A stretch of DNA of 64,000 nt from Azolla caroliniana (Eukaryota; Plantae; Polypodiophyta), in contig JBHGNT010000004.1 in assembly GCA_043228905.1 (NCBI GenBank), forward strand, positions 8,432,001 to 8,496,000, read 5' to 3'. How positions within the stretch are numbered: the stretch's first letter is position 1; each line of letters opens with the position of its first letter. The notes beneath the pieces were generated by a model. It worked only from the letters and a program-made list of their open reading frames with translations, searched no databases and was not told the origin of the DNA. Position numbers and translations under genes: made by a program. Of this stretch, positions 35,713-49,992 are shown piece after piece.

Positions 35713-37465
35713 GTGAAAGGAACTTTAACTGATGGATACTAAAGGATCTTATTGTTTTTTACTAACAAGAATTCTTAACCAGTTCATATATATCTTTAAC
35801 CTCGCACAGGATCAACACTTTGTTGCTCCTTTGGCATCTGTAAAGAGTGAAAAGAGAAACAAGTTCCTAGATTCAACTTCCTAAGCTCTAGAATTTGTTG
35901 TATAAAGTTTCTACTTCTGGGCTTGTTTTGTATATATAATGGTCGAACAACCATGTGAACTGAACAATGACTGATCACAACACCGATTACAGTTATGTGA
36001 TTGGTTTTACAAAATACATAAACATGATCACAATTATGCCCAACATAGACCTAAAGATCTAATCAGAATTGGGTCTCAAACCAACATCAATAATTTGAGA
36101 AGAAAAGAGCATGAATTGACTCACAAGTCTTTGATTCATATTCCCTGATCCCAGATTATGGTTATGTGGCATATAGATTTTGTGTTTAAACAATGACTAA
36201 TAATGTAATCTCAAATCATGATTATGCGCCATTGTATAGATATTTTTACTACTAATCATTCATAGGTTAGTGATATTGATTACTTGTAGTGCAATGTTAA
36301 TTCTTGAGCTACTTTCAATTTTCTAAAATTTTCATATAGGGCGAGGTCACTTTTTTTTAATGTTCAATATTTTGTTTCTTTGTTAGATAACTCATGAGGG
36401 AAATCGCAAGTACCATTTCTAGAGGGCCGACTCCACAAACTCCATAGAATGTACTCTATCTATGTTGCTACCTCATCTCGTGCTAAATTGTTTTTTGGTA
36501 TGTGGTAAAAAAAAAATTTAACATGTTTCGGCCATACGAAAGTGGCCGAGTAAAATTTTTCATTTACGGTTAGGATCATAAGCAGCAAGAAAAATTCTAA
36601 TAGGGGTTAAAAACTTTGCCCAACACTATACACCACCTCTGTCACATATTCACAGAATCACAAACCTCCTTCATATTTTAATTCCCTCTTTCCCCCGTTT
36701 TTCCCTATGTGTGTGTGTCCTGCTCCTTGCTCACTGATTATGCGACATCTCCTGCTCACCGCTTTAAGGTATGCATTTTGCCTATTTTTCTATTTGAAGA
36801 AGATGGTTAATCTAATTAAACTCAAATTAAATTAAAGCACCACCAAAAAGAAAATGGGACAACTCAATCTTTTGCTAAATCTTTTTCGCTTTTCCCTATT
36901 TTTCTCGTTTTCAAGGGCTCTTGAAGCCTTGGCTTTTGGGTATTCCCCATGGGCACTCCAATTTTGTGCGACAACCTATGCGAAGGCAATTCATTTGCCT
37001 TTAACATAATGCTAATAAAACCAGACACATATTAGTGTCCTTTCTCTAATGTTCTTTTCTACTCCCCTAATTTTCTCCTATTTAAAGTGTGAAGCCTTCT
37101 TCAAAATACTTTCACAATCATTAATGCAATCTATTTGAAACCTTCGCCATCCATTTCCATCAATAGTTTCATAATCTCTCTTTCTGATAATCCTTTAACA
37201 ATGATATCATCTTAAAATGGCGTGTACAATATTGTTCATTGCATTCATCATCTAAGCAATTTAAATTGTCGCACTTGAACGTAGAGTACATATACATACC
37301 ACCCCAATTGGTATCTTCATTGTTATGTTTTGTCACCATAGAATATACAATTCGTGTTCGTGCAAGCATTCAAACGTTTGAAAACGTTTGGAAACGAACA
37401 CGTTTGCAAAGGGAAAAATGCGTGATCCTATTTTTTTCTTTTTTTTCATTTGTTATCATCACAAA

Positions 37466-38350
37466 TTTAGCTCACCCTAGTGGTAAGGAGTCACGGTATT
37501 GTTGTCTATGTCTTGGGTTTGATTCCCCATTTACTCATCTCTCTCTTATTAGTACCATGTCTTCTTCTTCTTTCCCCCCCCCTTACTATTAGGACTAAGC
37601 ACAACCTAGTGGTATGTTGTTGTGCTATTATTACTTGTGTCTTGGGTTCTATTCGTAACTTTCTCATATCCTCTTGTTAGTGTCCTGGCAAAATTTTATG
37701 TTAGTGTCATGTTCCCTTTTCTTTCTTTCTTTCTTTAGAAATTAACTCACCCCAATGGTAAGTTGTTATGCTACTACTGCCTATGTCATGGCAAAATTTT
37801 ATGTTAGTGTCATGTTCCTTTTTCTTTCTTTCTTTCTTTCTTTGTTATTAGAAATTAGGTCACCCTAGTGGTAAGTTGTTATGCTACTACTGCCTATGTC
37901 ATGTTTTCTTCATATTCTCGAATATACATTTTATGAGTTTTTGATCGTTTCTTTCTTCCTCTTCTTTTTTCTTTCTTTGTTATTAGAAATTAGGTCACCC
38001 TAGTGGTAAGTTGTTATGCTACTACTGCCTATGTCATGTTTTCTTCATATTCTCGAATATAAGTTTTATGAGTTTTTGATCGTTTCTTTCTTCCTCTTCT
38101 TTTTTCTTTCTTTGTTATTAGAAATTAGGTCACCCTAGTGGTAAGTTGTTATGCTACTACTGCCTATGTCATGTTTTCTTCATATTCTCGAATATAAGTT
38201 TTATGAGTTTTTGATCGTTTCTTTCTTCCTCTCTTTTTTTCTTTTTTTGTTATTAGAAATTAGCTCACCCTAGTGGTAAGTTGTTATGCTACTACTGCCT
38301 ATGTCATGTTTTCTTCATATTCTCGAATATATGTTTTATGAGTTTTTGAA
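37466..38350 (+). repeat. Tandem array: ~4 units of 135 bp preceded by degenerate units with tRNA-like A/B boxes
   Basis: CACCCTAGTGGTAAG at 37473, 37861, 37996, 38131, 38266, with a variant at 37748. The first unit has GGGTTTGATTCCC. Confidence 0.85.
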
Positions 38351-38413
38351 CGTTTGATTATAATTTATAATGACATATTTTGAATTAATCTCTATACATC
38401 ATAGTCATCTTTT

Positions 38414-39110
38414 TGTAAAGTTCTGAAGTGAGGATGATAGAGATGTCTTGATTCTTAAGAAGCATCCCAAAAGTATGCATGTGATACAACGCAAATATTG
38501 CAACCATACTTATGTTGGTTATTCACAATGGATTAGAGTCCACTTATTGGGATTGAGAGTGAATCAATATATAATATAGACCATAGTCAATCCAATCCAA
38601 CTTTGAGATGATTTACCATACACGTTTGATTGAATCATTCTCGAATGCGAATGCACGTATGATACGTATGGTTCATTCTATGGTTGTGACTATCATCAAT
38701 TAAAATAGATCATATCCCATAGGTCCACCATATAGTTGATTGCTCTCCCAAGAAAGGTTTTTGCAAATTCATCAATAATTGGCATAATCCATGCGTTTAG
38801 GGTTGTAACTTTGTTCAGTGGTGTTGAGAATCAAACTCAGCTTCCTTAGTGTGGGAAACACATCGTAGGAATACCCAAGTTTGTGAACATCCCACCTCCT
38901 TTGTATCATAACTAATGTGTCAAAGAAGTTAAGTCCTATGACACATATTTTGTAGGTAGTTAAGTCTCCACCTCTTTCCCAAGAGACAATTCTAGTGAGA
39001 GAACTTAGAGATAAGGTGACTACATAGGCACCTTCTCCTTCCCTTTGTAATTGTTGTGGTTCATTCTTGCTTCTTGTTAATACAATTTTCTTGTTTTTTG
39101 TATACATTGT

Positions 39111-39169
<59 letters not shown>

Positions 39170-40610
39170 TTGTTTCCACTACAAAGAATCACTCCTGATT
39201 CTTTACATGGTATTAGAGCGATTGGTAACTTGATCCAAGTCCATCTACATGTGTTGTGCAAAAGCCCTTGTTCACGAAAAAACGGCCAATCAATGTAGTA
39301 GCAATCTGCACAGTTCGCATCATAGAGAAGAAGAAGAAATTCAACATGAATACTTAGATGGGATGCGCTCTTCCTACCGAGAAACTCGACAAAAACAATT
39401 TCGCATCTTGGGAGTACAAGATGCACGAATACCTTGTCGGTCAAGACTATTAGAGCTATGTCGAGGGAACTCAAGAAAATCAACTCAACCTAGCACATGT
39501 TGTATTGCCTTGCATCATGCATTCATGATCACATGCTTGGCTACATCAGAGAGGCCAAAACACCGAAGGAGGCATGGGGGAACCGAAAGAAGATATTCAC
39601 GGCCAACAGAACTGCATGAAAAGTTCAACTCAGTCAATAGTTGAATAATATCCAACAAAGGGATATGTCAATCAGAAGTTATACCTTGAAGATCAAGGAG
39701 TTGTGCGACTCCCTCGGGTCGATCAATGTTAACATTGATAACGATGAAATGGTGCCAAAAAGCCTCGGTGGTCTAGCACCCCGGTTCGGTTGCCCTCGCA
39801 AGGTCAAGGGAGCTAAAGAAAATCAACCCAACCCAACACATGTTGTATTGCCTTGCATCATGCGTTCATGATCACATGATTCACTACATCAGTGAGGCCA
39901 AAACATAGAAGGAGGTGTGGGGGAACCTCAAGAAGATATTCATGGCCAACACAACTCCACGAAAATTTCAACTCTGTCAAGAGTTGAACAGTATCCAACA
40001 AAGGGATATGTCAATCGGAAGTTATACCTTGAAGATCAAGGAGTTGTATGACTCCCTCTGGTCGATCAATGTTAACATTGATAACGATGAAATGGTGCAG
40101 AAATGCCTCGACAGCCTACCACCCCGGTTCAGCACAATAAGGTCGGCCGCCATCGCAAGGGAGAATCCTCCCTCCTTCGATCTCCAGTCGATGTTACTTG
40201 TCGAAGAAAATCACGTCTTAACAAGGATCAATGTGCAAGAAGGAAACATGCTCTATTCTAATTCAGATGGAGGAAGGGGACAAAGTTGTCGAAGAAGAGG
40301 TGGATTCGGCCAAGGCCATCATGACAGAAATATGCGGAATATTGCTCGGCCACAACTGAGTCTTAGGATCAACCACAGGAAGATGGGAATAGGAAGAAAT
40401 GCATGTATACACACAAACAATAGAGCAAGAGAGAGTGTACATAGTATGTTAACGTGGAAAACCCCTAAATGGGAAAAAAACCACAGGAGCCCACGGACTC
40501 CAAACTATCACTATGTTAGGAGAATACAACAGGGGAGCACAGAGGCAATGAACTCGTGCTCACAGTCTTCACCTGGTGGCAGTTACAACAGAGAATCTCT
40601 TTGTATTTCT

Positions 40611-40673
<63 letters not shown>

Positions 40674-42038
40674 GCTCTGTATAGTAGTTACACCAATAAC
40701 TCTATACAACAAGAATAATGACAACTCAATGATCTACACTACCTCAAGTGTTTGTCCTAGGTCATATTTATACTAATATGACTTTCGGGCTATTTACAAA
40801 TATAGCCCCAGTGGGCTCTTTAGAACATATTTACATATATGTCCCTTCATCTGGTGACAGGTTCTCATCGGGCCTGCATCATCCAGTTCTCATTGGGTCT
40901 TCCGTTGCGAGGTACTCATCATCCGGTTCTCACCAGGTCTTCCGTTGCCGGGTACTCATCATTCGGTTCTCACCTGGTCTTCCATTGCCAGGTACTCATA
41001 TCCCATCCGGAGGGACCGAAATCCTAACACGTCACAATCAAGAACAACCCTGCGAACAGAAATTCTACTACTGACAAGACGTTGCAAACAAGCGAGGTGG
41101 CACATTTAGAAGAAGGGGGGGGGGGGGGGGGGGGGAATCATGCCGGACCCAACCAACAAAACAACTCCGTCGAGTGCGGATATTGTGGCAAATTTCGCCA
41201 CTATCAGGCAAAGTGCCGCAAAAAGAACAGTGAGTTGGCCTTCACAAGTCGACAACTCACCAACTATGCCTCAAACTCCGACTACAACGAACATGGTGGA
41301 ATATTCGTAATGCAGCATAGAGCGAACTCTAAGCCGGCCTCCTGCCACACTAGTACCTCCAACTCAAAAGATGTATGGTTTGTCGACTCGGGTGCATCCA
41401 ATCACATGACGTCTCATAAAGATTGGTTCTGAGAGCTACGAAAGCCCAAATGACCCGACTATGTGGAAACCGGAGATGACACAATTCACCCTATTCAGCA
41501 CGTTAGTAATGTTCCATTCTGATAGAAATAGTGTTGGGCCATAGTCGAGTTCCACTATGTAAATGGAATATTGAACAAAAGGAAAAATGAATAAATTCCC
41601 TTACACAATAAACCGAGACGACACCGGATGTTAACGTGGAAAACCCTAATCAAGAAAAACCACTAGAGCTCAGAGACCCCAACTATCACTATGAGAGAGA
41701 AAAGGTACAATGGGAGACTCAGAGGCAACGACCTTCAGCTCTATCTTCGCTTACTAGCGGTTACAACAGAAAATATTTTTTGCTTCTCCCCCCCTCTCTA
41801 TATCTCTCTCTCTCTCTCTTTGTACAAAGCTAAGCATAGTGCGTACTCTATTTTGGCCTCCTACCACACTAGCACCTCCAACTCAAAAGATGTATGGTTT
41901 GTCTACTCATGTGCATCCAATCACATGATGTCTCATAAAGATTGCTTCTGAGCACTACGAAAGCCTGAATGACCCGACTATGTGGAAACTAGAGATGACA
42001 CCATTCACCCTATTCAGCACGTTAGTAATGTTCCATTC
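38414..42038 (+). mobile_element. Degraded copia 5' part (LTR 38414-39207, PBS 39208-39219, gag, CCHC, protease) with internal duplications
   Basis: TGTAAAG...CTTTACA followed by TGGTATTAGAGC. CGYCGKFRHYQAKC and WFVDSGASNHMT. 39480-39790 ~ 39820-40130 and 41336-41800 ~ 41855-42295. Confidence 0.82.
40322..41029 (-). mobile_element. Solo LTR of the C0/C2 copia family
   Basis: TGACAG...CCTAACA with TSD CATCA/CGTCA. Shares the ACGTGGAAAACCC and CATCCGG motifs of the family. Confidence 0.9.
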
Positions 42039-42299
42039 TGATAGAAATAGTGCTCGGCCAGAACTGAGTTCAACTATATAAATGGAAGATTGAACAAAAG
42101 GAAAAATGAATCAATGCAGTTACACAGTAAACCGAGACGGCACTGGATGTTAACGTGGAAAACCCTAATCGGGAAAAACCACTAGAGCCCACAGACTCCA
42201 ACTATAAGAGGAAGGGTACAATGGGAGACTTAGAGGCAACGACCTCAAGCTCTATCTTCGCCTACCATCGATTACAATAGAAAATATTTTCGGTTTCTT

Positions 42300-42454
42300 C
42301 GTCACAGAAAACTCTTTATCTTCTACCTTCTTCCAGATCCAATGATATCTCCTCTGGATGTGCTTAGTTCGGGAGTGGTAGGCCACGTTCTTCACAAGGT
42401 GGATGGAACTTTGGCTATTGCAATAGAGTCAGTATTCCTATTGTCGGATCCCTA
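42300..42454 (-). pseudogene. Copia RNase H fragment
   Basis: Matches 55960-56108 ([19 protein letters not shown]-like). Confidence 0.75.
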
Positions 42455-43900
42455 TGTTATTGGTTAGGAACACATGCCACACTCAGTCCTTTGGGGTAGC
42501 TTACAAGGTGATCGTGGTGCACGGAAATCGGGATGTGTAGTGCGGGATTGGTAGGGCGTAAGGAGGGGATGGCTACAACCTAGCCTCCTTAGGGCATAGC
42601 ACCCAACGCGTACTTACCTTGGGTTTATTGTAACACCGTTTTGTAAAGAGACGAGACACGGAAACAAGACACCAATATCAGAGAAGATAAACTATATTAA
42701 AATGGCACTCTCTGAATACGCTAGCTCTTTACAATGGTGTCTCGCCCTTTATATACATAGGGCTTACAATCGGTAACACTCCCTCCATACAACCGTTACA
42801 TGCGTTCCTTTAATGCTCCTAATATATACTCTATTATCCATGCGTTATGTCTGGTGGTTACAATTCCGGTAGACAACACCTGGAACGTCCGTGGGACAGT
42901 GCCATGGCACGTTGAACCCATTCGCTTCCTATTCGTCGCCCAAAATGTCGAGGATGTTCGGCTCCATTCGTTCGTCATTCACCAGAGGCGGTGTGAGGTC
43001 TGTAGGTGCTTCGCTGGTATGCTTGGCCGGTGCGTCGGTTTCCGTGTTGTTCTCGTGACGCGGCTCCGTTAGTTCGCCATGCACCAAAGACAACGTGATA
43101 TCTGTAGGTGCTTCATTGTTCGGCTTGGTTGGCGCGGCGGTGTCCGCTTTGACGTCTTCACGCGACGTCATTGTGGTAGGCTTTGTAGGTACGCTCTTCG
43201 GGACATTTCCTTGTGGCTCCGACAATGGCTCTTCCTGGCATGGGCAAGCATCCGGGCGCTGCTCCTAACGTCCGTGAGGTTGCTCGGTGTAGTTGTTTCC
43301 TCAGGCGCGTCATTTGGGTTAGGTTGGGGCTCGTTTTGTTTGGCGGAGTCACTTTCTGGTACTGTTATCGCTTTCGCCCTTTGGCTCTTGCTACCGAGCT
43401 CCATTAGCTAGTGGAAGATGTCTTCTTGACTTTCCCCGAAATCGTCTAGCAACTGTGTGAGTTCTTTGTAGTGTTGGTGAGCGAGCGTTTGATAATCCTA
43501 TGCGAGGTTCTCTCGTACCGTCGCAATGCTCTCCTCAGTTAGTTTGTAGAAGCCTCTACTCTCTTTGCGGCGGTTCTCCCAGTCCGCCCAGTAAGTGTGC
43601 AATTCCACTGCATGCGTAGTCCACGCCGCCCATCCTTTGTCTAACATTGCTTTCAATTGCGTTGTAAACCGCTCACGATTTGTATGAAGGAGGACGCGTA
43701 CATTGTCCGTTATGGTTTGGATGCGGGCTTGCGCTTCGTCCAGGGCCTTCTTGAGGTTTTCAATTTTACGCTTATTGATCGTCGTTGCATCATCATAGCA
43801 ACCCTTCTTCTTTGCCCATATCTGAGACTCTTTTAAGTGTACTAGTTCTTCGAGTTGTCCCATTTCATTGTTCAAGCAGATTTTTACCTGATGCGTCTGT
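42455..43900 (-). mobile_element. 3' part of gypsy-like element E2 (3' LTR 42455-42878, tRNA-like motif 42881-42928, degenerate coiled-coil extra ORF)
   Basis: TG...CA LTR with minus-strand TATA. KGWAAWTTHAVEL...GFYKL is homologous to the E1 ORF, and the C-terminus is EPNILDILGDE. Confidence 0.8.
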
Positions 43901-43912
43901 TCACGTTCACGT

Positions 43913-46900
43913 TGTCATAGTGTAATTTGCACACTATGTCAAATATGTAAAACATATATCCGATTTAAGTATGCATAAATAAATAAAAGAAAATATTAAA
44001 AATATTTTTGCATGCATAGGGCAGGTTTCAAACCCTGTTTACCTCCATGTAAACAAACCCAAACTTTATCATAAGTGATCTAAATATAGATTTAATAGGT
44101 ATAAGAGTTATATTTATGCCTATTTTTACTAAACAAAAGTAAATCATGCACTTTTAGAGTGCATGAAAACTTTATTTGGAAGAAAAACGCAAGCAATTAC
44201 TCATCTAGATGTGCATGAGCACTATATTTAGGAAATAAAAAAGCATGGTTGAAAAAGGCAACTCATGCACATCTAGTGTGCATGAACACTTTAGGAAAAA
44301 GCATGATGCTATGATTAGCCTGTTCCATCACTATATAAGGAAGAGAGAAAAGATGTATATGGTTGATTATTATAAAATATTCGTGGGATTCACGATTTAG
44401 CCATCTATTTCTCTCTTACAATCTAAGTATCAATTAATACACTATTCTCGTGGGATTCATGAGTTTCATATCTTCATCTTGCAATCTATTCTTAACAAAA
44501 CTTATCTCATATTCTTCTTTCTCCTAGTCCAAAACCTCAGTGGTTCCCACCCGACTCATGCAACGATCCGGCGCCAAAAGGGACAACACAAATGGTGAAC
44601 CCGACGTGAAGACGGGTTGCAAGGAGATAGAGAATCAACAACTGGAAACTAACAACATGATGGCGATGTTCTAGCGGATGCTACAAGAACAACGCGCGAT
44701 GTCGGAGATTGCGACGGCAGTAGAGCGGCTTGTGCAATGGAACGGGCAATTTAACGAGAAGGATGTGTCGCGATATTTGCGGGATTACAAGGCGGAAATG
44801 CTACGTTGCGGAATATCGGAAGGATTGCAGGTGACATCCTTCAATCCGGTGGCTACGGATGGGCTTCAAGGGAGTATCCATGGGATACGACAACAAAATC
44901 CAATGTGGGAAACATTTGAAGAAGCGCTAAAGACCATGTTCGGCATCGAAGACTCCTCCAAGGCAACGCGGAGGGGATTCGAAGATTGGGTGGAAACGCC
45001 AGACAAGGGGCTGAAGGTCCTTGATGTGTTTTCGGCATTCGAAAGTAACTGATTCGGGAGATCAAGCTATCCTCGCACCGGACAAAGTGATCATGTTCTT
45101 ACAAGCCGTGGATGTCCGGGACCAGAAATATCTTGGAATGCTTCTGGAGCACACCACTATTGAGAGTGGCCTCACCAATACATGGGAAAACATGCGGGAT
45201 ATCGTTGCACGATACACAAAGAGGGGGCAATGGCTTGGTAGTGAAGAAAAGAGGTTTTTGGAACCAATTCCGAAACCAAGATCCGGATTGGAAGACCATC
45301 AACCGTGCGCTAAGGAGACTACAACCAAGAAGGAAATCAATGCAACCACGGTGGAGTAGTTGCTGAAGGAGATGGAGAATCTGAAAATCACGATGGTGAA
45401 GAAGTCGGATGACCGTCCCACAAGTTCCAAGTATATGGACCGTCGATGCATATGGTGCAATAGCACCGAACATGATCGGAGGGATTGCGACAAGCACAAG
45501 GAGGCGTTACAACGAGACCTTATCTACTACAAGGGAAATCGGATTCATTCGTTGGACTCTCGGAAGCCACTATGACCGAACTTCCAAAAAGGCGGCATGA
45601 AGAAGGTCCTAGAGGAGGAAATAGCGGCGAAAAGCAATTATGCGACAACCGCGGGGATATGTGTGGGTGAGTCATCTGGACCAAATGCGTCTTTTTGGCT
45701 GGAAGTGCTAGAAAACCCCAAGAAAACTGACTCTAATGAGATCCAAAGCACCGCGGAAGGCATCCGAGAAGGTATAGGATGGGAGTGCCCCGTCGATAAG
45801 AATAGCGTGTACGCCCTATGCCAATTACATGAGGTGTATGTAGATGAGAAATGACGACGCACGGATGATGCGGCCGGACCATCAAAGATGCCAGAGACCT
45901 GGAACTCCGAAGGGAAGGGGAAAGGAAAAGAATTCTGGCATTCAAACTCACTTTGGACATCGAGCAACAAACAGACTTAGAAAAGGTGTTCGAGGAGAGA
46001 ATCCTCGATAGCCAGGTAGATTTTTCGCTTCGAGAATTACTCAGAATAGCGACGAAGGAGTTCCACGATCTTCTTGTGGATCTCGTGAAGAGGAAAAAAC
46101 AAAATATGGAGGAAAATGCTCCAAGGGTGAATGCAAATACCGTTCTAATGATTGACACCGAAGTGGAGGATGAAATTCCGAACTCCCACTACACAAGACC
46201 ACACTGGGCACTCGCAACTATGGAGACTCTGCTCCAAATCGAAAACATCAAGGAGCTCGTACTAGCATTGATTGATCACGGATCAGAGATCAATTTGATG
46301 TCCAAGGAGTTCTACTGAAAGGGGAAGTGCCCTATTAACACTAATCATGGATGGAAGATCCGGGCAACCACTAAAACAACGGAAGATTTATTTGCAGCTT
46401 GTTCGGATGTGACAGTGAAGATCGGAGACGTGGAGATTGACCAAAATTTCTTCGTGCAAGATGAGGTCTCACACTCCGTGATCCTCGGACAACCCTTTAT
46501 CATGACTTCACGGATGGAGACAAAGTTGCTTGATAGCGAAGCGGTTTTTGCACGAATTCGGAGCCAAAGCGGAGGGAAAACCGTCCAATTCCTAATTGTG
46601 CCATCAAATCACGAAAGGAACAAGAGAGACCTCTTGTCCCAAACAAAAATGGATTTTTAAAGCGGACTATTGTAGAATGGGGAAGTGATAGTCCGAGAAG
46701 CCCTGATACCCCACACAGGAAGAAACCTCTCGGAGCAAAACAAGTACGAATAGGTCAATATGGGGCATCTACGTACACGGCCGTAACCGGAGTAATGAAG
46801 AAAGAATTCCGAAAGGTGCAAGATGAGTTACGATCTGCATCAATAATAAAAGAAGACGAAGAAATTGTGGGAGTAGTCGAAGAAGTGTTCTATGGGAGCA

Positions 46901-49385
46901 CGCTACAACATCTTGAAGAGCTTGCAGGAGAGAATAGCCAGGGAGACCAGGTAGTTCCGGTGGAATCGGTCGAGATGTATGAGATCATTCCTAAAATGGG
47001 GCCGGATGTGCTCCGCAAAGAAGAAGCAATGGTATGTACGAAATATAAGACCGTGGAAAAGAAGGTGAAACCGGTCGCAGGACCACTGCCCGCCGATAGC
47101 GAACAAAAGAGGAAAGAAGTATCGGGAGATCCGAAACTTCAGAAGTTCATGGATATCGGACATGCCTTCACGGATGAGACCTAGAAGAAACTTCGGATCG
47201 GTGGAGGTGGTTTCCTCTCACAAAATGAAGAAGAACGGTTTTGTCAGATGTTGGAGCAGCATGGAAGAGCATTTGTATTTACATCCAAAGAGATAGGGTG
47301 TGTTGACCCGAAAATAGTAGAGCCGATGGTGATCTTCACGATTGATCATGTGTCGTGGAACTTGAAGCCGATTTCGGTGCCACGGGTGCATATTCCGAAA
47401 ATCATTGACTTGCTCAAGGAGAAGGTGGCAATGGGGATTCTAGAGCCATGCCACGCTCCGTACTCAAATCGATGGTTTACGGTTCCAAAGAAGAATAGGT
47501 CACTCCGAATTATTCAAGATTTGCAACCGGTGAACAAGGTCACAATCCGGAACTTCGGAGTCGGTCCGATAGTGGACGAATTTGCGGAAGCGTTTGCCAG
47601 TCGTGCGATATACTCCATCGGAGACCTATACTCCGGGTATGACCTATACCATGCCAACACCGATAGGATTAGTCCGGATGTGCACACTATCACAAGGCGC
47701 GAAGAACTCGGTCACACATATGATGAATGCGATGAACAAGGTGCTCCGGGACTGCATTCTGGAGATAACGATGCCGTTCCTAGATGAAATCCCGATAAAA
47801 GGATGTGTGGTGGAAGAAAAAGATGAGACTATGGATGATCGGGGATGCCGAAAGTTCGTAGTCGACCATATTCACGATTGCAAGAAAGTGTTACGGAAGT
47901 TAGAAGATGTGCACCTAATGCTCTCCGGAGAGAAGTCGGCATTCGGACAAGAAGAAATATTGGTAGTCGGACATCTATGTGGGCCCTACGGCCGAAGACT
48001 CTCGCCAATCAAGATCGATGCGATTCAAGCTCCGAAAGAAATATGCGAGTCACAATCCAAAGTCCGTAGATTTCTTGGGGCATGTGCACTCTATCACATA
48101 TGGATTCCGCACTATGCACACATTGCGGACCCACTCTATCACTTGTTGTGGAAGGGGAAGAAGTTCGAATGGAAACTGGAACATACCAAAGCCGTGAAGA
48201 AGCTCAAGAAATCACTACAGAGGACAGAAGCACTTAAGAAGCTGAACTGTGACTGACTGATTATAGTAACGGTTGATACAAGTCAAACCGAGATCGGATG
48301 GGTCATCAATCAAGCCGATTCAGATGGTTCACGATATCCAATCCAATTCGGAGCAAAGGTTCTCAACGAAAGGCAACATGGATATGCACAAGTTAAAAGA
48401 GAATTATGGGGAGTCATGTCGGCAATAAAATGAGATCGAGATTACTTGATTGGAGCCGAAGTGGTGATCGAAACGGATTGTCTTCCAATACTCTGGATGA
48501 TGTGGTGTTGCATGATGCCAGATGTGGCTATGCTAAAATGGATTGCATATGTAAAGTCGCTTAATCCGGAGATACGACACATCTCCGGAAAAGACAACGC
48601 GGTAGAGGATATGCTATCAAGGGCATGGTTCAGAGACAACATAGCCGAATCCGATAATGAAGAAGTTTCCAAAAACTACTTTACTTCCGAGCACATATGT
48701 CGGGTGAACGTAATCCCAGAATTCCGGGAAGAAGAATACAAGGGAGAAAGTTTGCTGATTGGGAAAGTGCTACAAGGAATCGAGGAATCATCGGACAGTA
48801 AAGAAAAGAGAGCCGAGATCCCAAGTAAGAAGCGGCAAATCCAAAAGATTTTCTTGAACAATGGATTAATCTGGGGGGAGCCAAAAAGACTGTATGGTAT
48901 ACCACTACGGGTAGTCGGAACAAAAGAGCGACGAAACTAGATAATGTCCGACTTTCACAAATCCAATTGGGTTGGACATCGGGGAACATGTGCAACACTT
49001 GCGAAGATCAAACACAAATATCGGTGGAAGAATGTGTACAAAGATGTAGCGAAGTTCACGGAAAGCTGTGAGAAATGTCAAATCTAATCCGGAGTTCGAC
49101 ACTGAGATGAATTACATCCGACATTCTCACCAACAATCAACTTCAAATGGATGGTCAACATTGTGGCCATGCCAACTGGGATCGGAAAAAGAAGAACTTG
49201 GTGTTAGCTCGGGAAGATCTGACAAACCAAGTAGAAGGACGGGCACTACGGAGGAAAACATGTTCCGCAAATTTCTCTTGGAAGGAGTGTTTTGTAGGCT
49301 TAGGTGCGTAGGACAAGTGTTTGCGGATTGGGGAGAACTTGACTCTGATAAAGCTAGGGAATTGTTCGTCAGACATGGAGTACGG
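43913..49385 (+). mobile_element. Degraded Ty3/gypsy G1 (probable LTR 43913-44588, tRNA-Trp PBS 44593-44610, gag-PR-RT-RH-IN)
   Basis: PBS TGGTGAACCCGACGTGA. FNEKDVSRYL, CIWCNSTEHDRRDC, LIDHGSEINLM, YKTVEKKVKPV, RT (IIQDLQPVN, FLDEIPIK), RH and IN, with many stops and frameshifts. Confidence 0.88.
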
Positions 49386-49992
49386 TGTCATGAAGAAAAC
49401 TGGCCTTAGGTGGAATCAGTGAAAACGGCGCGTGAACCGGCCCTTACGCGCGGGCACAAGTATTGATAAGGAGTACATAATTAGGAATAGGTAGGTTGAT
49501 GAAAATATACTAGGTAGTACACATTTATTAGCTAGGAAATCGATGTGTATCTCTGCCCCGAAAGGATAGAGAATAAAAATGAAGTATTCGAGATGTGACG
49601 GCCTATAAAAGGAAAGGGGAGATGGTTGAAAGGTGCATTGCGTTTTGGCGAGGATGACGTGCTGTCAGACTGGGAACCGAGCTCTCTCCTCCTCTATCGT
49701 TGTTCTCTGTGGGTTTTGGGTCAGTTTCCTCTCCTTCAAGGAAGGCCCGAGTGCTTCCGGCAGAGACTCCACTATGTCCGTGTGTGGGTGTGGTGTCACC
49801 TGTGTTGGGTCTGTTACCAGTTTGCCGGTTGTAATCTTGCAATCGTTGTAATTATTATTGTTGTTGGAATAGATTCTCCTATTTTTCGTCTCTCGGTGTT
49901 TTCCTGCGTGATTCCCTTTCATTATCGGGTGCGCGTGCATCTCTCTTTGTTCTGCATACGCGGTGTCGGGGTAGTTGTGGTTCGTGCGGCGA

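Larger units (their letters stand above)
32859..36628. mobile_element. Non-autonomous hAT element carrying captured gene fragments (Pack-hAT)
   Basis: TIRs CAGTGTTGGGCAAAGT / ACTTTGCCCAACACTA. Perfect 8-bp TSD TACACCAC (32851-32858 / 36629-36636). No transposase inside. Confidence 0.9.
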
